From: a virus
Virus record (IMG/VR): IMGVR_UViG_3300045988_184100
Location: 33,784 to 97,783 of that record
DNA length: 64,000 bases
Direction: 5' to 3' (one strand)
The notes beneath the pieces were generated by a model. That model had not been told where the DNA came from. It did not search any database and saw only the letters and a list, made by a program, of their open reading frames with translations. A program made the position numbers and the translations under genes. This document shows positions 25,766-33,643 of this stretch, in pieces; within the stretch, counting starts at the first letter, position 1; every line of letters starts with the position of its first letter.

Positions 25766-25975
25766 ATGACAGCCAAGCTGAAAAACGATGCGCTGAGAGT
25801 CATCAAGAGACTCCGCTGCTACGGCACAGACGCTGAAGACAACCTCGGCTGCGGCGATAAGCGGTGCAAGTACCGTGATGTGGACGGTGCCTGTAACATC
25901 AACAACATTGAAGCGGATGCTGCCGATGTGATAGAAAAATTATTGAAGGAGATTGAGAAGTATGAACATCACTGA
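25766..25975 (+). CDS. Hypothetical protein (69 aa)
   Basis: ORF with GAAAGGAGAAAACATA Shine-Dalgarno. Confidence 0.4.
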   Translation: MTAKLKNDALRVIKRLRCYGTDAEDNLGCGDKRCKYRDVDGACNINNIEADAADVIEKLLKEIEKYEHH

Positions 25976-27326
25976 TGTGGTGATGAAGTCCCGCAATGTT
26001 GAATCGTTCAACAACCTCCTCCCTGTTACATCTGTCACATCAGAGAAATCAAAGGCAGTTGCCAGTCGGAACGGATATATGGCACCCTATACAGCCGATG
26101 AACTGCGGAAGAAGTTTCATCTAACCGACGACATCATTGAGAACCTCTACTACGGCTGCGGCTTTACCCCGTTTTATTACTGGGATAAGGATAAGGTCAT
26201 ATTCCCCTGCAACAGTCTTACAATGGCAGCCGACGGTGAAGATAAAACGCCTGAAATCCGAGGGGCTGTTGAGCAACTGAAGAAGAAAATTGCCTCCGGC
26301 AACTGTAACTTCATCATCACGGCACTCAACGACCGGATGCGGATAGAATATCTGAAGAAACTCGTTGATGAGGGCTTTGATGGTGCTTACAAACTGTTCT
26401 ACAATGTCTACCCCTTTTCCGATTACGGATGCTCCGCACTCGGACGGGATGGTATACTGAAGCTCAAAAGCATGAAAACGCCGGAACAGGTTCAGGCAAC
26501 GGAGAAGGGGCTCAGGAAGTATCCTGACACACTGACGGTTTACCGTGGCGCCGGCGATGAAAGCGCAAGTCTGGAGGAAGCGTTCTCTTGGACGCTGGAC
26601 CCTGCCGTAGCCGTGTTCTTCGCCACGCGCTTTCCGTCTGACCATGCAAAGGTATATCGGGCTACAGTCGAAAAAGCCTCTGTCATTGAGTATTTCGAAG
26701 GTGTGGAGGCTGAAGTTATTGTATCTCCTGATGACATCAAGGAGGTTGAAGACTTCCCCTTCTATGGTATCGACTGGCTCAACGAGGCAGCGGATGACGG
26801 TGCGATAGACGACTTCTGGCTCTATCAGAGGACTGCTGACTATGACGCCGTTCCATTCCAGATGGCAGGCAAACTGCATGGAAAGGCTCACGCTGGACGT
26901 GTCCTATTCATGTGTATGCTGCTGGCATATATGAAGGGTCTGGACTTGGAAGACAAGGAAATTCTGATTGAGGCTGCACTGTATCACGACACAGGCAGAC
27001 GTAGCGATTCCGAGGATAATACCCACGGTGGCGAGAGCGCAAGGATGCTGCAGGAAGCATATCCTGATACGGACCCCATCACACTGTTTCTGATGGAGTA
27101 TCACTGCCGCCCCGATAAGGAAGGCTACGACTTCATCTCGGAACACTGGAGGAATAGGCAGGATGCGCTGCGCGTCAAAACACTCTTTGATATTTTCAAA
27201 GACGCTGATGGGCTTGACCGCGTCCGGCTCGGCAATTATGAGCTGGATATGTTCCAGCTCCGTACCGAAGAAGCTCGCAAGTTGCCGCAAATCGCAAAAA
27301 TAACTGAAGAGCAACTCAAATTCTAA
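25962..27326 (+). CDS. HD-domain phosphohydrolase-like protein with an N-terminal domain of unknown function (454 aa)
   Basis: H...HD signature in KAHAGRVLFMCMLLAYMK ... ALYHDTGR. ATG 10 nt after GAAGGAG. Confidence 0.45.
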   Translation: MNITDVVMKSRNVESFNNLLPVTSVTSEKSKAVASRNGYMAPYTADELRKKFHLTDDIIENLYYGCGFTPFYYWDKDKVIFPCNSLTMAADGEDKTPEIRGAVEQLKKKIASGNCNFIITALNDRMRIEYLKKLVDEGFDGAYKLFYNVYPFSDYGCSALGRDGILKLKSMKTPEQVQATEKGLRKYPDTLTVYRGAGDESASLEEAFSWTLDPAVAVFFATRFPSDHAKVYRATVEKASVIEYFEGVEAEVIVSPDDIKEVEDFPFYGIDWLNEAADDGAIDDFWLYQRTADYDAVPFQMAGKLHGKAHAGRVLFMCMLLAYMKGLDLEDKEILIEAALYHDTGRRSDSEDNTHGGESARMLQEAYPDTDPITLFLMEYHCRPDKEGYDFISEHWRNRQDALRVKTLFDIFKDADGLDRVRLGNYELDMFQLRTEEARKLPQIAKITEEQLKF

Positions 27327-27328
27327 AC

Positions 27329-27372
27329 ACAAAAGCACCTCTCTTTTGAGAGGTGCTTTTTGCTTATTTTTC
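27329..27372. terminator. Bidirectional intrinsic terminator between convergent operons
   Basis: AAAAGCACCTCTCTTTTGAGAGGTGCTTTTTGCTTATTTTT. Confidence 0.6.
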
Positions 27373-27459
27373 AAGGTTGCAACCAACTTGCGACAAATCA
27401 AACTAAATTCCAAGGAAAAAGCTAAGAGATTGGGTAAATAAGCAAAGAGAAACTCAAAC

Positions 27460-27669
27460 TCAACTTTGCGTTTTCTTTGCAGCTCCGAGAGGCTCAATGA
27501 AGCGAGTTGCCCAGTCCTCCTTACCGCAGCGCGGGCAAGGACGGTGCCAGTCGTACATGAGGTGTCCATCCACATCCACCTTATCGGTCAGTGGGGCAAC
27601 CTGCCCGCAAGCGGTACAGAAGACGATATAGCGTCGGTCGGCGCCTGCACGCTGTTTGCCGGCGGCCAT
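27460..27669 (-). CDS. Zinc-ribbon protein (69 aa), last gene of the minus-strand operon
   Basis: CTACGQ ... CPRCGKEDW. TAATG overlap with the upstream gene. Confidence 0.4.
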   Translation of the reverse strand: MAAGKQRAGADRRYIVFCTACGQVAPLTDKVDVDGHLMYDWHRPCPRCGKEDWATRFIEPLGAAKKTQS

Positions 27670-27941
27670 TAAGATGCCTCCTTAACAGCGCTGACCAGCG
27701 GGCGCTCCTCCAACATACCGACAACTGTACGCAGGGGCTCAGAACCGCCAAAAGCAGTAACGATGTGCTTGAAAGCGCTCTCAGGAACGGAGAAGCTGTC
27801 CGAGGCGCAGATGCCAACGGTCTTACCCTTCTTTGTGCCCACTGTCACGAAATCTCCGGTATGGAGCTCACATCCGTCAGGGACAGAAAACAGGAATGTC
27901 TGCGGGCACTTGGGGTGCTTAATGATGACAATGTTGCTCAT
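27669..27941 (-). CDS. Hypothetical protein (90 aa)
   Basis: ORF with translational coupling to its neighbours. Confidence 0.4.
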   Translation of the reverse strand: MSNIVIIKHPKCPQTFLFSVPDGCELHTGDFVTVGTKKGKTVGICASDSFSVPESAFKHIVTAFGGSEPLRTVVGMLEERPLVSAVKEAS

Positions 27942-27944
27942 GGT

Positions 27945-28163
27945 TTAATTTTCCTTATCCAGTTCAACGCCGCAATGGATGCAGCGGTTCAGTTTGATGG
28001 CACATTCAGGGCAGAGCGAGTCTGCCGGGGTATTAAAGCAGATGATGACTTTGCCGCATTCGAGACAATGGCTTTCGGAGAATGCGTGAAGTACGATACG
28101 GTTGAAGCACTTGGCACAATGTCTATAAGGCAACCGTGAGGTTATGGTAGGTGTAGCTTCCAT
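27945..28163 (-). CDS. Zinc-ribbon protein (72 aa, four CxxC pairs)
   Basis: CAKCF ... CLECG ... CPECA ... CIHCG. Confidence 0.4.
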   Translation of the reverse strand: MEATPTITSRLPYRHCAKCFNRIVLHAFSESHCLECGKVIICFNTPADSLCPECAIKLNRCIHCGVELDKEN

Positions 28164-30344
28164 TTAGGACGCCTCCTTCTGAGCATACCAGCTCACAAAT
28201 TTCGATACGTTGCGGGAATGAAGACTATGGACATCTTTGGCGAGCTTCCACTCGGACAGGTCTACCATCCAAGAGGGATGCTTCTCCGTAAAGCCGGGGC
28301 AAGCATGGTCAATGTATTCTTTCTCGGATGTCTCGCGCTGGCGGATGTGCTGCAGGGCCACGTTCAGGTACTTGATACCGTAGGCGTAATCCACGCACTT
28401 GCCGCCGATAATCCATCCACCGAGGTTCTTGGTATTGATGGCGTAAGTCAGCCACTCGGAGTTCATAAAAGCGAGGTTAATATATTCGTCGCGGAACACC
28501 TCGAAGTTGGAACGGGCGCGTTTCTTGCCCTCGTCATCATACCAACGGCGGTTTATGGACTCGCCCTTCTCCACAGATACGAAGAAATGCGGCTTAGGCT
28601 CCATGACAGTTTCGATGATTTCAGCGTCATCTGTGAGATTACTGCCATCGCCATATGTGGAGTAGCGAATGCCATTAAAGAAATAATAGGTGCGCTGCTC
28701 CGGTTCGTCATACTCCACCAGATTGATGGGATAGATGGCGCAGTCATCAACGGAACAGTCGTGGGTACGGTTGCGGTCTCCCCTGCCACGGTCATTCCAG
28801 TAAGGCCTATACCTGTATTCTCTCTCCGGAGTCAAAGAAAGAACGGTCAAGATACTATCACCCTTCTTTGCGTCAGGCTTGTTGCATCGCTCCACAATGT
28901 CTACAAAGCTGCCGTAGCGGTTGTCGGTCAACCAGCGGTCAGCCATGGAAAACACGACATACTCGGAGGACTTGGAGATTTTGACGCCAGCCGGCAGAGA
29001 AAGGATGTTGGAGCTATCCACCACACCCTGCAGGATATTGAACAGGAAGATTCTGGAAACCATTTCCACGACCATACTTCGTGCCTGTGAACGTTCCTCT
29101 TTGACACGCTGCTTCCGCTGGTATTCATCCTCCTGCCCGATATACTCCGTATTGACGCGGAAATCCTTGGGATTTACTTCCATAATGAAGTCATCTGTCA
29201 CATGGACTTCCTCCGGGTCAGTCCAACCGATATAGACATTTTCTCCGTTTCGGATAATGATACCGATGGTGTTCCCGTGGTAGATATTATAGCTATCCAG
29301 CATATTGCTCCACGCCTCATGTCCAAAGAAATGCTTGCCGGTCTTGCTGAGACGAACCAGTGCCACGCACTTCTCACTGGGAGCAAAGGTATCCAGCGCA
29401 ACAGGAGACGCTGCGAGAAACTCCTCGAAATACTTCAGCTTGCTTTCTTTCATGTTGTAAATGGAAGCAAGACGCCCCATCTCTTCATCGAGAAAACGGA
29501 GCTTCTGGAACAGGACGACCGGCTCCTTTTCCGGTGCGTTCCGGCCAGTGCGGATACGGGTAAAGTTGATTGTCTCACCCATGTAGCAGCGGATAGCATA
29601 AATCTGAGATTCCAACAGGTAAATCTGATTGTTCATCATTTCTACCTGTTCCTCCAGAGCCTCGCGTTTGGCGGACAGCTCTGCCATCAGTTTTTCCTTT
29701 TTCTGCTCCAAGGCTGCCATGGCACGCTCGACCTCTTCCTTGAGGGCGCGGAGTTCATCACTGGTTCCGTTCTTGGTATCTTCGATATTGGCTTTGAGGG
29801 CGTTCAGCTCCGTCTCACGGTCAGACAGGCCTTCACGCACCTGAGAGACCGAAAGAGACTCAGGCACGGATGCCGGCAGCGTCGATGAAGCACCGTGCGT
29901 TGCGAGGGCTCGCATCTCGCCCACGGACATTGCGGAATAGTCCTTGACCGGCACATACTCCGCCACCAGAGAGTCCGGCTGGTAGAGAAAGAACCTACGA
30001 CTGCCGAGGCCGACGACCATACCAATGCCCTCATAAATGCTATATACGTTGGCAGTCTGCTCATAGGTCTTACAGTAGTCGATGAACTCAGAAAGGTTCT
30101 TGAGGTAGTCCTCAATGCGTTTCCGCCACCATCTCTCATTAGTGTCACTATTATCTCGTGAGAGACTGGACAGGTCTGTGAGTCCAGAAAAGAGCGTTGC
30201 ATCGTCTCTGTCATTCTCTCTGATAATGTGGGTTTCCTCCTGTCGGGCCTTTTCAAAGCGCCATTCACGGCTTCTCGCCGCCCACTCATTCTTGTACGCC
30301 CCGATGTCATTAAAGCGCACCGTCCCCAATATGGTGTTCTTCAT
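28164..30344 (-). CDS. Large hypothetical protein (726 aa) with a central coiled-coil; no recognisable NTPase or nuclease motif
   Basis: ORF with GGTGAGGTGAAAGGA Shine-Dalgarno. Heptad-like region about residues 180-250. Confidence 0.5.
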   Translation of the reverse strand: MKNTILGTVRFNDIGAYKNEWAARSREWRFEKARQEETHIIRENDRDDATLFSGLTDLSSLSRDNSDTNERWWRKRIEDYLKNLSEFIDYCKTYEQTANVYSIYEGIGMVVGLGSRRFFLYQPDSLVAEYVPVKDYSAMSVGEMRALATHGASSTLPASVPESLSVSQVREGLSDRETELNALKANIEDTKNGTSDELRALKEEVERAMAALEQKKEKLMAELSAKREALEEQVEMMNNQIYLLESQIYAIRCYMGETINFTRIRTGRNAPEKEPVVLFQKLRFLDEEMGRLASIYNMKESKLKYFEEFLAASPVALDTFAPSEKCVALVRLSKTGKHFFGHEAWSNMLDSYNIYHGNTIGIIIRNGENVYIGWTDPEEVHVTDDFIMEVNPKDFRVNTEYIGQEDEYQRKQRVKEERSQARSMVVEMVSRIFLFNILQGVVDSSNILSLPAGVKISKSSEYVVFSMADRWLTDNRYGSFVDIVERCNKPDAKKGDSILTVLSLTPEREYRYRPYWNDRGRGDRNRTHDCSVDDCAIYPINLVEYDEPEQRTYYFFNGIRYSTYGDGSNLTDDAEIIETVMEPKPHFFVSVEKGESINRRWYDDEGKKRARSNFEVFRDEYINLAFMNSEWLTYAINTKNLGGWIIGGKCVDYAYGIKYLNVALQHIRQRETSEKEYIDHACPGFTEKHPSWMVDLSEWKLAKDVHSLHSRNVSKFVSWYAQKEAS

Positions 30345-30366
30345 GTCCTTTCACCTCACCCCAAAT

Positions 30367-30774
30367 TTAAGTTTTACAGTAGCGGATAAAGTCCTGTGCC
30401 GAGAACGGCAGATTATCGTATCCGCAGTCCTTCAAATAACGGGAGACAACAGCAGAACTCATACTGATACGTCCATCTCCCGATGCCTTCATATGCTGCA
30501 AGCAGATGTCAGCATAACCATCTACCACATCAAGGTGTTCCAGACACCACTTCTCTACGCGGCGCTTGCGGGCCGCCAGAGACCGCTGTTCGGGATGCGG
30601 CATCTTCTTGTAGGTGTATGCCTTTGCCGCCTTCTCGCGGCTTGTATAGCCGAAGCCTTGGGCATCATCCAATACCGCACCAGTCTTGGGCTGTATGACG
30701 ATGTAGCGAGGGTCATATTCAGCGGAAAGCTCCCGCGAGTAAACAACTTTGAAGTAATCAGCCATACAAAAAAT
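30367..30774 (-). CDS. Hypothetical protein (135 aa), first gene of the minus operon, 57 nt downstream of the right repeat array
   Basis: ATG (MIFCMADYF) after GGTGGAAGG. The ORF track starts at a TTG at 30804. Confidence 0.4.
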   Translation of the reverse strand: MFCMADYFKVVYSRELSAEYDPRYIVIQPKTGAVLDDAQGFGYTSREKAAKAYTYKKMPHPEQRSLAARKRRVEKWCLEHLDVVDGYADICLQHMKASGDGRISMSSAVVSRYLKDCGYDNLPFSAQDFIRYCKT

Positions 30775-30830
30775 CATCGCCCTTCCACCGATTTTGATGC
30801 TCAATGCACACGTTCGATACTCTTGACCTT

Positions 30831-30998
30831 GGTATAGAACCCTGTTATTTCTGGGTGATGTATACCTTGGGTCTCCTCATATATAACCACCGCCCCGGTA
30901 TATAACCCTGTTATTTCCGGGTGGTGTATACCGTATTCGGCAGGATTGTTCAAAACTGCAAAGGTATACAACCCTGTTGTTTCTGGGTGGTGTATACC
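30831..30998 (-). CRISPR. CRISPR-like mini-array, copy R: 3 repeats and 2 unique 30-nt spacers; orphan
   Basis: Repeats at 30831-30866, 30897-30932 and 30963-30998 belong to the same 36-nt family as copy L, with a few SNPs. Spacers are TTGGGTCTCCTCATATATAACCACCGCCCC and GTATTCGGCAGGATTGTTCAAAACTGCAAA. Confidence 0.45.
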
Positions 30999-31137
30999 CA
31001 GCACAGGTATTCAGTTCCCCAAAGTGCTGGTCGCCACCTCTCACGTGACTACCAACCAACAGAGTATTCCTGCTTCCACGACGACCATGCATCTCCACAG
31101 GCGTTAATTCCGGCTATACCGTCCGTACTTGTTTTTT
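30999..31137 (-). ncRNA. Conserved structured RNA scaffold (copy R), directly abutting the tRNA-Ser 3' CCA
   Basis: About 90% identical to 263-402. Substitutions are clustered in one internal segment (CACATAACAAACCAGCC versus CACGTGACTACCAACC). Confidence 0.4.
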
Positions 31138-31226
31138 TGGCGGAGAGAGTGGGAGTCGAACCCACGGATGCTTCCACATCGCCGGTTTTCAAGACCGGTG
31201 CCTTCAGCCGCTTGGCCATCTCTCCA
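31138..31226 (-). tRNA. tRNA-Ser (anticodon UGA), long variable arm, CCA encoded
   Basis: GGAGAGATGGCCAAGCGGCTGAAGGCACCGGTCTTGAAAACCGG ... GGGTTCGACTCCCACTCTCTCCGCCA. Confidence 0.85.
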
Positions 31227-31267
31227 TATCACCCGCCGCAGGGAGTGCCTACGGCGGGATATTGTTT

Positions 31268-32704
31268 TTACTCGGCACCGCCCTCAGTGGTAGCGGTAGG
31301 CTCAACACCGGAAGCAGATGCGGGAACTGCAACCTTACCACCGACAAAACCTGCCAGCAGGCTCCGCAGGTCGATACCCAGACCGTTCAGCATACCGTTG
31401 GAGACCTGAGTGGTAGAGGAAACGATGTCCTCAATCAGCTTCGTACTGTTACCTTCGCCGTACATGGTGATGGAATCCACATTAGTGAGAGGCGCGGCCA
31501 CGTTCTTGGCAATTTCGGGCAGTGCGTTCATAATCATCTCGACCACTGCGGCTTCACCGTACTTCTTCATGGCCTCGGCCTTACGGTCGATACCTTCCGC
31601 TTCGGCCAGAGCCTTGGCCTTGATAGCCTCGGCTTCTGCGGCACCGACGGCCTTGATACCTTCGGCAATCTGCTCCTGCTCGAAGCGCTTGGCCTCGGCT
31701 TCCTGCTTGCGGGCGTACAGCTCTGCTTCGGCCTTCTTTTCGGCAGCGTACTTATCGGCATCTGCCTTCTTGCGAATATCAGCATCCAACCGACGCTCCT
31801 GCAACGTGATTTCGCGCTCGGCCAGTTCTGCTTCCTTCTCGCGCTTCGCAATGTCGGCATCGGTAGAAGCAATATCGAGGCTCCGGCGCTGCTTCTGTTC
31901 CTCAATCTTATAGGCAGCATCGGCAGCAGCCTTCTTGATGTCGGAGGTCTCCTTCAGCTCGGCCTGCTTCACGGCCAGTTCGGTCTTACGAATAGAAATC
32001 TGTGTATCGGATGCGACCTGAGCCTCGTTCGCCTGACGAGCCGCCTCCGCCTGAGCAATCTGGATATCGCGCTCCGCTTCGGCCTTGGCGATAGAAGCAT
32101 TTTTCTGGATTTGACTCATATTATCCTGACCCAGAGCATTGATAAGGCCCTTCTCGTCGGTCACGCGCTGGATATTACAGGAGATAATCTCGATACCCAA
32201 CGCATTCATGTCAACCTGCGCCTTTGACTGGATTTCATCACCGAATTTCTTACGGTCATTGCAGATTTCCTTGAGCGTTATAGTCCCGATAATCTCTCTC
32301 ATGTTTCCCTGCAGAGAGTCCGAAATCGCCTGCTCAAAGCCACGGGCATCAGTGATGTTCAGGAAGTTCCGCATAGCCAGCTTAATGCCCTCGTCATCTG
32401 TCCTGACACGGACCTTGGCAACGGCATCCACATCAACGCCGATGAAGTCCAGTGTGGGAATGTAGCCATCGGATTTGATGTCCACGGAAATCTGACGGAC
32501 AATTAGCTTATCGACGCGCTCCAGAAACGGAACGCGAACGCCGGCACGACCAATGAGGATTTTGGGCTTCTTGCGAAGACCGGAGATGATATACGCCATA
32601 TCGGGCGGCGCCTTGATATACCCCAAAATACAGATGATGAGGACCGCAATCACGATAATTGCGGGGACGAGAACGGCCTTGTTCCCAAAGAGCAGGTCAA
32701 ACAT
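31268..32704 (-). CDS. Flotillin/SPFH (band-7) family protein, FloT/YuaG-like
   Basis: N-terminal TM helix, SPFH core, then a long Ala/Glu/Lys-rich coiled-coil (EAERDIQIAQAEAARQANEAQ...). Confidence 0.75.
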   Translation of the reverse strand: MFDLLFGNKAVLVPAIIVIAVLIICILGYIKAPPDMAYIISGLRKKPKILIGRAGVRVPFLERVDKLIVRQISVDIKSDGYIPTLDFIGVDVDAVAKVRVRTDDEGIKLAMRNFLNITDARGFEQAISDSLQGNMREIIGTITLKEICNDRKKFGDEIQSKAQVDMNALGIEIISCNIQRVTDEKGLINALGQDNMSQIQKNASIAKAEAERDIQIAQAEAARQANEAQVASDTQISIRKTELAVKQAELKETSDIKKAAADAAYKIEEQKQRRSLDIASTDADIAKREKEAELAEREITLQERRLDADIRKKADADKYAAEKKAEAELYARKQEAEAKRFEQEQIAEGIKAVGAAEAEAIKAKALAEAEGIDRKAEAMKKYGEAAVVEMIMNALPEIAKNVAAPLTNVDSITMYGEGNSTKLIEDIVSSTTQVSNGMLNGLGIDLRSLLAGFVGGKVAVPASASGVEPTATTEGGAE

Positions 32705-32731
32705 AGTTCTTTCTCCTTTATTCTTTCTAAT

Positions 32732-33523
32732 TTAGTTTTCAGCGGAGTATTCCGCGTCCGCCCAGTTGAGGCCGGTGCCGTAATCAATCTTGACACCGGG
32801 CTGCACATTATAGCAAAACACACAGAACTCAATGGTATCATCTTCCACAGAAAGGGCTTCCATCAAGACACCGTTCGCTACAAGGTTGTCGCCTTCAAAA
32901 ACGGGAGTCACACGATACAGAACGTGGTTGTTTGTTTCGTGAACATAATCAGCAATCTCGTTCTCAAACGGCAGCATACCAGTAACATTGAGGTAGCGAG
33001 TTCCGGTGATGAGGTTCTTGACATTGGCGTTCTCGCCTGTAAGCTGATAGCCCAGCAGATGACAACGATTGTAGAGGTACTTGCCATCCACGCAGTCGTA
33101 TTTGTTCAGGTGCCAGCCTGACGGCTTCACGGAACCGATAGACCCTCGTTCTTCCGTAGGCATCAGCTCTTGGCACACATTTGCGTAGGCAGTCCCGCAG
33201 CGGCCAAGGTCGTCCAACTCGGAAAACAATTCGAAAGGCTCTGTGGTTATATCAGCTTCTGTAAAAAAAGGAACATTACCGTTTACAACGATATATGGTT
33301 CCCCGTCAAATGGAGCAATGTCGTCTAACGAAAGCCGGCTCTTATAACTCCCCTCGTAGATATCAGACGCTTCTGTATACGACGGATGGTTGTCGGGGCC
33401 AAGGTTCTCTGTGAGCTGCGGAATGAGCTCTACTCCGAGAAACACAGCAAGGGCAACAAGGAAAGCGAGGAGCCCTCGCAAGGCATTCGTGCCGTTGTTT
33501 TTCTTGTTATTATTCTTTACCAT
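32732..33523 (-). CDS. Membrane-anchored DNA/RNA non-specific endonuclease (NucA/EndA-like)
   Basis: N-terminal TM helix. Motifs NRCHLLGYQLTGENANVKNLITGTRYLN...M..FE. Confidence 0.6.
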   Translation of the reverse strand: MVKNNNKKNNGTNALRGLLAFLVALAVFLGVELIPQLTENLGPDNHPSYTEASDIYEGSYKSRLSLDDIAPFDGEPYIVVNGNVPFFTEADITTEPFELFSELDDLGRCGTAYANVCQELMPTEERGSIGSVKPSGWHLNKYDCVDGKYLYNRCHLLGYQLTGENANVKNLITGTRYLNVTGMLPFENEIADYVHETNNHVLYRVTPVFEGDNLVANGVLMEALSVEDDTIEFCVFCYNVQPGVKIDYGTGLNWADAEYSAEN

Positions 33524-33565
33524 AACGCTTTCCTTTCGAGTCTTTTATGTTTCTATCTTAATTCG

Positions 33566-33594
33566 ACTATAACACGAATATAAAATAATGTCAA
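33566..33594 (-). promoter_or_regulatory. Promoter (TTGACA-17-TATAGT) with the conserved TTTATATTCGTG spacer, driving the nuclease, flotillin and tRNA-Ser direction
   Basis: RC reads TTGACATTATTTTATATTCGTGTTATAGT. Confidence 0.5.
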
Positions 33595-33614
33595 GTCTGC
33601 ATGGTGCTTTTCGC

Positions 33615-33643
33615 TTGACATTATGTTCGAATATGGTAATATA
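33615..33643 (+). promoter_or_regulatory. Divergent promoter (TTGACA-17-TAATAT)
   Basis: TTGACATTATGTTCGAATATGGTAATAT. Confidence 0.4.

Noticed and set aside
27901-27942. Apparent 1-nt discrepancy between my hand-indexing of the plus-strand text and the ORF-track frame for the gene at 27669-27941
   Set aside because: It most likely reflects a mis-indexing of the printed sequence at one line junction; a genuine frameshift cannot be fully excluded by hand. The ORF-track coordinates were used. Hand-derived coordinates elsewhere may be off by 1-2 nt.
173-31138. Interpretation of the two 230-300 bp direct repeats as attL/attR of a tRNA-Ser-integrated prophage
   Set aside because: The copies are only about 90% identical, with different internal spacer sequences and different repeat counts. 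The tRNA itself is not duplicated. No integrase or recombinase gene is present, and no phage structural genes are found between them.
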